NCBI GenBank assembly: GCA_963704755.1
Contig: OY969938.1
Location: 4,770,001 to 4,802,000, forward strand
Source: an uncultured Chloroflexia bacterium
Lineage (GTDB): Bacteria; Chloroflexota; Anaerolineae; Anaerolineales; Anaerolineaceae
Direction: 5' to 3'
DNA: 32,000 bases
Positions 8,237-15,948 of this stretch are shown one piece after another (position 1 is the first letter of the stretch; every line of letters begins with the position of its first letter). Under the pieces are notes generated by a model. That model did not search any database and had not been told where the DNA came from. It was given only the letters and a program-made list of their open reading frames with translations. Position numbers and translations under genes: made by a program.

Positions 8237-9355
8237 TTAATTTCCCAGGCAAACGCCGATCAAGCGGGCGCCCTGGATCCAGGGATGGTCGGCGGGCACG
8301 GTGTTGCGCGAGATGACTTCTTCCAAGGGGACCGCGACGACTGACCCGGATTGTTGAGCCACCATACAGCCGAATTTCTTGGCCTGGATCATGGATGCAC
8401 AGGCCGTCCCCAACTGGGTACCCAGGATGCGATCGGCGGCGGAAGGGGTACCGCCACGCTGGAGATAACCCAGGATAGTGATGCGGGTTTCCAGGTTGGT
8501 GATTTGTTCCAGCCGGTTGGCCAGGTGGTTGGTATCCCCGGCCGAGCGCTTCTAAATCGCGGTCAGGCGCAAATCGATTTCCTGCTCTTCTTTGCCTTCG
8601 TGCAGGCGCTCGTTGGCTCTATGGGCGCTCTCGAAGAATTGGACATTTTCAGCGTTGATGGCGCCTTCAGAAACGGCAATCAGCGAGAAACGTTTTCCGG
8701 CCTGGCTGCGCTGGACGATCGCCTCAGCGACGGTTGCGATGTGGTAGGGGATTTCCGGGATAAGGATCACGTCCGCGCCACCGGCCAGACCGGCGCCCAG
8801 GGTCAGCCAGCCGGCCTCTCGCCCCATGGTCTCGACGATAATGATGCGATGGTGCGAAAAAGCTGTGCTGTGGAGCCGGTCGATGGCTTCTGCGGCCACC
8901 TCGATGGCTGTACTGAAACCCACGCACAAATCGGTCAGGGGCACATCGTTATCGATGGTCACCGGCAGGGTAATCACGTTCAGACCTTTTTCTTTGAGGT
9001 AGAGCGCGCTTTCCTGGGCGTCCGAACCACCCAGGCAGACCAACCCGTCCAGGTGATGCTTTTTATAAATAGCCAGGATGGTGTCAGTGCTGTCCACAAA
9101 CTTTCCGTCGATCTCGACCCGGTAGGGTCGGTCACGGTTGGTGCCCAGGATAGTCCCGCCGGTGGTGAGGATGCCAGAAAAGGCGGTGCTGGCCAGGTCT
9201 ACGTGCATATCCCTGGCCATACCGCTGAAGCCATCCTGAAAACCCAAGACGTGCATATCGAATTGGTTGTAGGCGGCTTTTCCCAGGCCGCGTAAGGCTG
9301 CGTTGATCCCCGGGCTGTCGCCGCCGGTGGTCAATACACCGATGTGCATGCTCAT
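8237..9355 (-). pseudogene. pfkA: ATP-dependent 6-phosphofructokinase interrupted by an in-frame TAG (complement of 8552-8554)
   Basis: ORF 8552..9355 holds the N-terminal 267 aa (GVLTTGGDSPGINAA...TIDNDV...ETMGR). The same frame continues past the TAG for 104 more codons encoding the conserved C-terminus ([26 protein letters not shown]...), ending at TAA 8237-8239. Span is 1119 nt, or 373 codons. Confidence 0.85.
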
Positions 9356-9373
9356 GTCAAAATCCTTTCAAAC

Positions 9374-9943
9374 TCAGTCGTACAATGCCTTGTATTTCTC
9401 AAGGTCAACCGAAGCAATATAAGGCAGGTTACGGCCTTTCTCGTCGATATCCAGGCCATAACCGACCACAAAATAATCTGGAATTTCGAAGCCGCAGTAA
9501 TCAATATCCAGGTCCACTTTATGGCGCGCTTTTTTATCCAGCAGGGTGCAAATCTTCAGGCTGCGTGGCCGGCGATCAACCAATAGCCTGCGGATGGCGT
9601 GGATGGTGTAGCCCGAATCGATAATATCGTCCACCAGAATCACATCCCAGCCGGCAATATTGGACTTATGGTCCGCGTCGATACGGACGAAGCCGGTTAA
9701 ATCGGTGCCTGAATAGGAGGATACCAGCATGAAATCCAGGGTCATGGGCCGTTTGATCTTGCGCATCAGGTCGGTCATGAACATCACACTGCCACGTAAA
9801 AGCCCTAAAAGAAGTAATTTTTCCGAATTTTCGTAATCCTTTGTGATCTGGGCACCCAGATCGGAAACCCGTTTTTCGATTTCCTCTTGAGTGATGATCA
9901 CATCACCGATAAATGGGTAGGGGTACTTGAGCAGTGGGTTCAC
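9374..9943 (-). CDS. hpt: Hypoxanthine(-guanine) phosphoribosyltransferase, paralog 1
   Basis: 189 aa. PRPP-binding motif VILVDDIIDSGYT, LGLLRGSVMF region and C-terminal FVVGYGLD motif. RBS AAGGA of pfkA follows 18 nt downstream. Confidence 0.9.
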   Translation of the reverse strand: MNPLLKYPYPFIGDVIITQEEIEKRVSDLGAQITKDYENSEKLLLLGLLRGSVMFMTDLMRKIKRPMTLDFMLVSSYSGTDLTGFVRIDADHKSNIAGWDVILVDDIIDSGYTIHAIRRLLVDRRPRSLKICTLLDKKARHKVDLDIDYCGFEIPDYFVVGYGLDIDEKGRNLPYIASVDLEKYKALYD

Positions 9944-10041
9944 GGTCGTTCCTTCGAATAAATGGTATTTTTAAGCAAGCGAATCATACCACGAAGTAAA
10001 TCGAATGCCAGCAATGCTATAATTAATTTTGTCCGTTGGGT

Positions 10042-10076
10042 CACTACGCAAGCCCTTGTAAAGGGTTTGCGTAGTG
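10042..10076. repeat. 16-bp hairpin with GTA triloop in the divergent promoter region
   Basis: CACTACGCAAGCCCTT (10042-10057) pairs with AAGGGTTTGCGTAGTG (10061-10076) with one G:T; the loop is GTA. It lies between divergent hpt (-) and the cytidylate-kinase-like gene (+), so it is not positioned as a terminator. Confidence 0.6.
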
Positions 10077-10250
10077 GATGTGCGAATTCAGGATTCTACC
10101 CAGTTAGGTTGAGCAGTTATAATTAAGTGGTCTTGTACCGTTTTTGCGTACAAAAGTGAAGGCATTTTGGGATTTCTGTTGGGCTCCGCCTGAACAACCG
10201 GCCGATCAGGCCGGAAAGAGTGGGGAGCGGCAAAGAAATGGCTCCAAATA

Positions 10251-10826
10251 ATGGACGTGATCACCATTTCGCGGCAATTGGGCAGCCTGGGCTCTGAGAT
10301 CGGCAAGCAGTTGGCCGGCCAGTTAGGCTACCGCCTGGTTTGGCGGGAATTGATTAACCAGGCTGCGCTGCGCGCCGGGGCGCCGGAAGTAGCCCTGGCG
10401 ATGATCGACGATTTGGGCCTATTGGGGATCAATCCAACCCAGGACCAACTTGGAGCTTACCTGGCCTCGGTAGAGCAGGTCTTGACAGAACTGGCTCACC
10501 AGGGCAAGGTGGTCATCATTGGCCGGGCCGGGCAGGTTGTCCTGCGCAATCATCCCGGTGTGTTTCACGTGCGCATCGTTGCCCCGATCACCTTACGGAT
10601 CCAGCGGATCGGCGAGCGAAACCAGATCAGCCAGGAAGCCGCTCGGGCGCGTGTGGCGGCCTCCGACCGGACTCGCAGGCAGTATCTGCGCAGCGCCTAT
10701 CAGGTCAATTGGGAAGACCGCGAACTGTATGACCTGGTGATCAACACCAGCCGGCTGAGCGCCGAACGCAGCGCCGCACTGATCGCAGCCGCCATAAGCG
10801 AGGGAGGCGCGGCCTCTATTTTATGA
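10251..10826 (+). CDS. Cytidylate kinase-like family protein (P-loop-like NMP-kinase fold)
   Basis: 191 aa. N-terminus ITISRQLGSLGSEIGKQLAGQLGY is typical of the cytidylate-kinase-like family. The function is not established. Confidence 0.7.
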   Translation: MDVITISRQLGSLGSEIGKQLAGQLGYRLVWRELINQAALRAGAPEVALAMIDDLGLLGINPTQDQLGAYLASVEQVLTELAHQGKVVIIGRAGQVVLRNHPGVFHVRIVAPITLRIQRIGERNQISQEAARARVAASDRTRRQYLRSAYQVNWEDRELYDLVINTSRLSAERSAALIAAAISEGGAASIL

Positions 10827-10838
10827 AAGTGAACAACG

Positions 10839-11219
10839 ATGCCTGAGGAAGGGCCAACGCCCCATTTCGCCCACAAGACCGAAGCTATTTTCGCCCAAAT
10901 CCTAGATTTTTACGGTATTCGCTGGGAGTATGAACCACGGACATTCAACCTGGAATGGGACGACACCGGTCGAGTGACCCTGGCTTTTGCTCCCGATTTC
11001 TTTTTGCCCGACCAGGATCTCTATATCGAATTGACTACCTTGCGGCCGCAGTTGGCGACCATTAAAAACAAGAAGATCCGCTTGATGAACGAGTTGTACC
11101 CGGAGGTGAAAATCAAACTCCTTCGCCGCCGCGAGATGCGCGACCTGATGGTCAAGTTTGGGTTGTACGACGAAGCGGAGCGGATCAAGGGAACGCAGGC
11201 GCAAAAAGGAGAAGAATGA
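10839..11219 (+). CDS. Hypothetical protein with a possible PD-(D/E)xK-like segment (APDFFLP...YIELT)
   Basis: 126-aa ORF with coding-like composition. Its stop overlaps the start of the downstream hpt (ATGA at 11216-11219), which suggests translational coupling. The nuclease-fold hint is weak. Confidence 0.55.
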   Translation: MPEEGPTPHFAHKTEAIFAQILDFYGIRWEYEPRTFNLEWDDTGRVTLAFAPDFFLPDQDLYIELTTLRPQLATIKNKKIRLMNELYPEVKIKLLRRREMRDLMVKFGLYDEAERIKGTQAQKGEE

Positions 11220-11815
11220 ACCAGATTCTGAGCCAGTACGGTGAACAAGCCAACGATATCCGCGAGATCTTGATCAGCGAAGCCCAAATTCAGCAGCGCG
11301 TAGGCGAATTGGGCCGGCAAATATCCAGCGACTACCAGGGCAAATGCCCGGTGCTGGTTGGGGTGCTCAAAGGGGTGTTGTTTTTGATGGCGGATCTGCT
11401 GCGGGTGATCACTTTGCCGACCGAAGTCGATTTTTTGGCCGTGTCGAGCTATTCGGCCGAAGCGCGCAATAAGGGCATGGTACGTCTGGTCAAGGACCTG
11501 GAACTGCCCATTTACGGCCGGCATGTCCTGTTCGTGGAAGACGTGATCGATACCGGGCTCACTTTGAATTACCTGCTGCGCAGCATGCGCGACCGCCAGC
11601 CCGCCAGCCTGGAAGTGTGTGTGTTGTTCAATAAGCCAGCTCACCGGCTGATCGATACTCCTTTGAAGTACGTCGGATTCGATCTGCCGGACCGCTTTGT
11701 GGTGGGCTATGGCCTGGATCACCTGGAGCGTTACCGGAATTTGCCCTTTATCGGGCTGCTAAAGCCGGAAGCCATTCAAAATTCGGATCATTTGAGCGGT
11801 TGCCACCCTGAATGA
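11216..11815 (+). CDS. hpt: Hypoxanthine(-guanine) phosphoribosyltransferase, paralog 2
   Basis: 199 aa. Motifs VLFVEDVIDTGLT (PRPP loop), VGVLKGVLFLMADL and FVVGYGLD. Confidence 0.9.
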   Translation: MNQILSQYGEQANDIREILISEAQIQQRVGELGRQISSDYQGKCPVLVGVLKGVLFLMADLLRVITLPTEVDFLAVSSYSAEARNKGMVRLVKDLELPIYGRHVLFVEDVIDTGLTLNYLLRSMRDRQPASLEVCVLFNKPAHRLIDTPLKYVGFDLPDRFVVGYGLDHLERYRNLPFIGLLKPEAIQNSDHLSGCHPE

Positions 11816-11822
11816 ATAAGAA

Positions 11823-11850
11823 ACAGCCCCGGAAAGAACTCCGGGGCTGT
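11823..11850 (+). terminator. Stem-loop after hpt paralog 2 (no clear U-tract)
   Basis: An 11-bp stem acagccccgga / tccggggctgt with loop aagaac starts 8 nt after the stop. It is followed by actaacc rather than a T-run. Confidence 0.45.
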
Positions 11851-11868
11851 ACTAACCAGGGGTACCAA

Positions 11869-11952
11869 GTAACCTACTTGCCAAACTCACCGTTTTTATT
11901 GATTTTCCTTCTTTGGATTTTCCTTCCTATTCTTACTCGGGAAGGGGGTTAC
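11869..11952. repeat. Degenerate member of the GTAAC...GTTAC element family
   Basis: Left end gtaacctacttgcc resembles the copy-1 left end. The right end ...gggggttac gives an imperfect outer stem (about 11/15). The interior has a T-rich tract cgtttttattgatttt (12/16 to the copy-1 arm) but no complementary A-rich arm. Confidence 0.4.
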
Positions 11953-12249
11953 CTAAACCCACCATGAAGCGAATTTCAAATCCAGGTTAGCTGTTCACAG
12001 CTTCTTCGGGAAACCCTTTTTTGGAAGGAGCGCTGCTCCTATTCAATCAGATTTCACCAAAATGACCCGGTAAAACGGGAGGGGCCCTCAATTTCTTGGA
12101 ACTCCCTGTTACCAACATTATAGGGACTCAAAATAGGGGAGTCAAGTGGTTTGGGCGGGTTGTCTGGACACATTTCTGGAAATTTTAAGATGATTAATCT
12201 AATTGGTAAACATATACGCAAAAGAGGGTTTTGAAAAACAGTTTTCGTT

Positions 12250-12359
12250 GTAATTATTCAGCTACCATGAAAGCGAAGGGGTGTTTTGTTGTTTTTCGCG
12301 TGCTTCGCACGCGAAAAACAACAAAACACCCTGTTTCTCCGGGAGAGCTGAGTAGTTAC
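12250..12359 (-). repeat. 110-nt palindromic element, copy 2 (minus orientation by the GAA loop)
   Basis: Outer 14-bp stem is 12250-12263 / 12346-12359 (two G:T). Core 25-bp perfect stem is 12279-12303 / 12307-12331, with loop TTC (GAA on the minus strand) and apex GCGAAGC on the minus strand. The arm is 18/25 identical to copy 1, and every difference is compensated on the other arm. Confidence 0.75.
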
Positions 12360-12424
12360 TAAATTAGTAGCAAATTTAGTCTCGGGCAAGAAATTCGAGG
12401 CCCTTAATAAATGCCTGACTAGAA

Positions 12425-13604
12425 CTAGAAAAGCAGCCCGTGCAGCAGTCCCAGAACGGCGCCGCCCAGCACTAACCAGGTGGAATTGACTTTATAGCGA
12501 AAAACCAGTACGACGGCAACCAGAGCCAGGATGATGGTGAAGGGGTCCACCAAAGCATCCAGGCTGATCTGGCCGGTCACGCCGGCCATGAGGCCCAGTG
12601 AGGCTACATTGACCCCGTCCAGCAAGCCGCTAAACCAGGGTGACTGGCGCAGGCGAGGAATGAAGGGGTTGCTGATGCCTACCAGGATGAAGGCCGGCAG
12701 GAAAATTCCCAGGGTAGCCAAAAGCGCGCCGGGCAGGCCGCCCAACTGGAAGCCGATGAAGGTGGCGGTGGTAAACACCGGCCCGGGGGTTACCTGGCCG
12801 ATAGCGACCGCATCCAAAAGCTGCTGGTCGGTCAGCCAGCCCAGGCGCTGGACGAAATCGGCGCGTAGAAAGGCCAGGAGCACATAGCCGCTGCCATACA
12901 GGACCGACCCGATTTTCAAAAAGGTCAGAAAGAGGGTCAGCAGGCTGTATTGGACAATTTTGACCGCGGTGAACCCGCCCAGGCCGAGCGGGATCAAAGC
13001 GGCTGCACCGGCAGCTTCCTTGCCCGGTGGGCGGTGCAGGTTACGCACCAGCATGACCAGGGCACCACCGGTGAACAAGACCACCAGCTCGTTGATGCCC
13101 AACAAGAAAGCCGCCAGGGTGGCCACACCCACCAGCAGAAGTCAGCCAGTCCTGGATAGCCTTCCGCCCGAGGTAAATCAATGCCCGCAGGATAATGGCG
13201 ATAATGACCGGCTTGACCCCGTAGAGCACCCAACCCGCCTCGAGGGTGGAGCCGTATGTTTTGTAGACCCAGGACAGCACGAGCACGATAGCCATCGCCG
13301 GCAAGATGAATCCGCTGCCGCCGGCGATCAACCCGCGCCAACCGGCCCGCAGGTAACCCAGGTGGATGGTCATTTCGGTGGAGTTCGGTCCGGGGATCAA
13401 ATTGGTCGCGCCGATCAGGTCGAGGAAATGCTGGTCGTCCAGCCATTTGCGCCGGCGGACAAACTCGTCTTGCATCATCGAGATGTGGGCTACCGGTCCA
13501 CCGTAGGCCGTCAAGCCTAATTTCAGGAACGCCAAAAAGACCTCTAGAACTTTGTTAGGAGGTTTGGTGGTGGTCGGGCTGGTGGTTTCTTCGATTTCGG
13601 CCAT
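12425..13604 (-). pseudogene. chrA: Chromate transporter ChrA (two CHR domains) split by a 1-nt frameshift near 13142, or possibly a split short-chain pair
   Basis: N-terminal CHR domain is in ORF 13041..13604 (FLKLGLTAYGGPVAHISMM...NLIPGPNSTEM). C-terminal CHR domain is in ORF 12425..13132 (FLKIGSVLYGSGYVLL...GQVTPGPVFTTAT). The C-terminal frame is open back to 13141 and reads as a TM helix (LLLVGVATLAAFLLG). The N-terminal ORF tail (SAGGCGHPGG...) looks out of frame. Span is 1180 nt, a multiple of 3 plus 1. Confidence 0.8.
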
Positions 13605-13924
13605 TATTTTTCTACCAAAAGGGATGCGATTACCCGGCCTTGCAGTAAATGTTGCTCACAAATTGCGATCAGGTTTTGCGGAGTCACGTTTTGATACGTG
13701 ACCTGGTCGGGTTGGATGGTCAGGACCGGCCCATTTTCGCACACATCCAGGCAGCCCGAAAAGAAACATTTTACCCGATAAGGTGCATCGAAATCATCCC
13801 AATGATTCTCCGTAATCCATGCTTGTAATTGCTCGTAAATTTCCAAAGCTTCGCTGCTATCGGCACAGTCTCCGTTACGGCAGATATAGACCTTGCGCAG
13901 CGCCGGTCTGTCAGAAGTTTCCAC
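13604..13924 (-). CDS. Thioredoxin-like [2Fe-2S] ferredoxin
   Basis: 106 aa with cysteine pattern CRNGDC ... CLDVC and the GPVLTIQPD segment typical of this fold. Its stop overlaps the chrA start (TAATG). Confidence 0.72.
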   Translation of the reverse strand: METSDRPALRKVYICRNGDCADSSEALEIYEQLQAWITENHWDDFDAPYRVKCFFSGCLDVCENGPVLTIQPDQVTYQNVTPQNLIAICEQHLLQGRVIASLLVEK

Positions 13925-14097
13925 AATTTATTCTCCCTGACCAGGCCATCTCAACCAGCCCGGACAACAACCAATCTTCAAAACAGATTGATTGGATTTT
14001 TCGGTATTTTTCTGCTATTCTTATAAAGGTAAAGGATACCAAATATGTCGCTCAATTGAAAGCCTGCCCGGTAGGAGACCGCGGCTTGCGCATGTTT

Positions 14098-14245
14098 ATT
14101 TCACGTAATCCAGGAACTTAGTCATCGTGAACCCAGACTTTCCTGGCCAGGGTATGGCGATCTCAATGCCGGCTTTGAGATTACCACAGACAGCAAAGAG
14201 CGCGGTCTTTGTGATGACAACCCTTTTGTTGAGAAAGCCAATACT
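14098..14245. repeat. Noncoding repeat family 2, copy A
   Basis: It shares ends with 27119-27290: ttcac..ccaggaactt(a/t)gtcatcg(t/c)ga, and a 66-nt ungapped block (14180-14245 vs 27225-27290) at 48/66 identity ending in ttgagaaagcca. Internal inverted ends are gtcatcgtgaa (14121-14131) and tttgtgatgac (14208-14218). Confidence 0.65.
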
Positions 14246-14545
14246 CGGAGGCGGGGCAATCGCCGGCACATTGGCTATGGGTGGGGGAAGTGTTGAGAAA
14301 TGGAAATCATCGAAGGTGTCCACTGAAAAGTCTCGATTAATCTCAAAAAGCCGCTGTAATTGTAAGGTAAAAAATCACCCCCTCAAATCCATCCAAAAGT
14401 TAGGATTTGAGTATACTATGCTTGTTTTTTCATTTTGGCAGGAAGTTAAACGGTGAAGCAGATCTGTAAGAATGGCTTACTTGCTTTTCAGCCCAATTTT
14501 CAGAGGGGAGTCTTACCATAGACGATGACCAATTAAACTAAACAG

Positions 14546-14593
14546 GTAACTGGTCGGCTAATGAGCCATCCACATGGCTGGCCGGGCAGTTAC
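14546..14593. repeat. Mini member (48 nt) of the GTAAC...GTTAC element family
   Basis: gtaactggtcggct (14546-14559) pairs with ggccgggcagttac (14580-14593), with 11 Watson-Crick pairs, 2 G:T and 1 mismatch. The inner hairpin is agccat-CCAC-atggct. The left end matches the copy 1/2 left end at 11/14. Confidence 0.55.
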
Positions 14594-14658
14594 TATTCAA
14601 ACAAGTTGGCCGGGGAGAAGTGATTGCATTATCGACGGACTATCCTTTTGTCATAATG

Positions 14659-14667
14659 GTCACAAAT
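14659..14667 (+). promoter_or_regulatory. Candidate extended -10 promoter element (TGtCATAAT) upstream of the Ddl-family gene
   Basis: tgtcataat lies 57 nt upstream of ATG 14724. A GGAGG RBS is at 14708-14712. This is a sequence-pattern call only. Confidence 0.3.
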
Positions 14668-14723
14668 AGATCGGTTCTCTCATACCTTGGTACATAGTTT
14701 GGGTTCCTGGAGGCGAACCAAAG

Positions 14724-15789
14724 ATGCATAAGAAAATAAAGGTAGCAGTGTTGGCCAATTTGAAAAAGAACGCACCTCATTGGGAAGGTATGCCGGATGA
14801 CCAATGGGACGACCTCGATTTAGAAGAAGACCGTCAATGCGCTCGTAGCCGCAATCCAATCGGGCGGCTTCGAAGCGACGTTTTTTGAGGGAGATTTATC
14901 GTTAATCGAAAAACTGGGTTCGTACAACCCGGATATTTGTTTCAATATCTGCGAAAGTCACTTCGGGGACGCCCGGGAGGCGCAGGTGCCGGCTTTATTG
15001 GAAATGATGCGGATTCCTTATACCGGCTCCAAGGTGATGACCCTGGCATTAGCTCTCGATAAGCCGATGACCAAGCGCATTCTCACGTATCATGACTTGC
15101 CCACCCCAGATTTTCAGTTGTTCGAGCGAGAAGATGAAACGCTTGACCCGCAGATGCATTTCCCGCTCTTTGTTAAACCCAGTCGTGAGGGGACCGGGAT
15201 GGGGGTCAGCGCCAAATCGATCGTTCACGATGAAAAAGAGCTCAAAGACCAGGTGGCTTACATTTTGTGTAAATATAAGCAAACCGCCCTGGTTGAGACT
15301 TATGTCGAGGGGCGTGAAGTGACTGTGGGCATGGTGGGAAATTTGACCCGCCCGGCTGCACGCAGGCTGCCGGAGAACCTGGACGAAATCCGCATCGTCG
15401 AGGGCTTACAATTCTTTCCGCCCCTCGAGGTGGATTTGAAGCCTTATCTTGAAACCGATACGGTTTATTCGAACCGCTTGAAAGTCCAACTGGCCGAGGA
15501 TTTGACTTACCTCTGCCCGGCACCCCTGGACCAGGAACAGGTCGACGAGCTAAACTGGCTGGCAGCGGCTGTTTTCCGGGTTACCGGCGCCCGCGATTTC
15601 TCTCGGGTAGACTTCCGTCTGGATGCCAATAACAACTGGAAGCCCTACATCCTGGAAACCAATCCGCTGCCGGGCCTTTCTCCCGGAATCTCGGATATCG
15701 TAATCGAAGCCGCCGCAGCCGGGTTCGACCATACCGAGCTGATCTTGATGATTCTGCACCAGGCCATGAAACGCTTTGGCATGCTCTAG
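14724..15789 (+). pseudogene. ATP-grasp enzyme of the D-alanine--D-alanine ligase family, with a 1-nt frameshift near 14823-14830
   Basis: The N-terminal 33 codons (MHKKIKVAVLANLKKNAPHWEGMPDDQWDDLD) run from ATG 14724. The frame of ORF 14986..15789 is open back to 14824 and reads KKTVNALVAAIQSGGFEATFFEGDLSLIEKLGSYNPDICFNICESHFGDAREAQVPALLE. C-terminal motif is ILETNPLPGLSPG. Span is 1066 nt, a multiple of 3 plus 1. Confidence 0.8.
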
Positions 15790-15896
15790 CGCACCGGTGG
15801 TAGAAGAGAACAGGCAGGCGCAACCCCTGGAAATGTACTTTTCGAAGCCGGCTTGAACGCGACATCCCCACTGTTCACCACGAGGCCGGCTTAAAA

Positions 15897-15928
15897 AGAA
15901 ACCCCTCAGAATACTCCGAGGGGTTTCT
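15897..15928. terminator. Bidirectional intrinsic terminator between the Ddl-family gene and slyD
   Basis: Stem agaaacccctc (15897-15907) pairs with gaggggtttct (15918-15928). It has an A-run on the left and a T-rich run (ttttctt) on the right. Confidence 0.7.
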
Positions 15929-15948
15929 TTTCTTAATGACGGAAAACT

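Noticed and set aside
8552-8554. TAG in pfkA as pyrrolysine or a reassigned sense codon
   Set aside because: TAG ends the PPTase (3436-3438), the Ddl-family gene (15787-15789) and ftsZ (18974-18976) at sensible positions. No pyl genes or suppressor tRNA are visible in the window.
11968-11990. A T-loop-like ttcaaatcc suggesting a tRNA in the 11.8-12.4 kb gap
   Set aside because: The flanking 5-mers (cgaat / ccagg) are not complementary, so there is no T-arm. No acceptor or anticodon stems can be drawn. I found no tRNA, rRNA, tmRNA, RNase P or SRP hallmarks anywhere in the window.
14096-14323. A 75-aa ORF whose peptide resembles part of the 26775..27416 translation
   Set aside because: The similarity is explained by the shared noncoding repeat (73 percent DNA identity, ungapped). 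It has no RBS and no start context, and the rest of the ORF is Pro/Ala-rich filler. It remains a low-probability possibility and is noted in the repeat finding.
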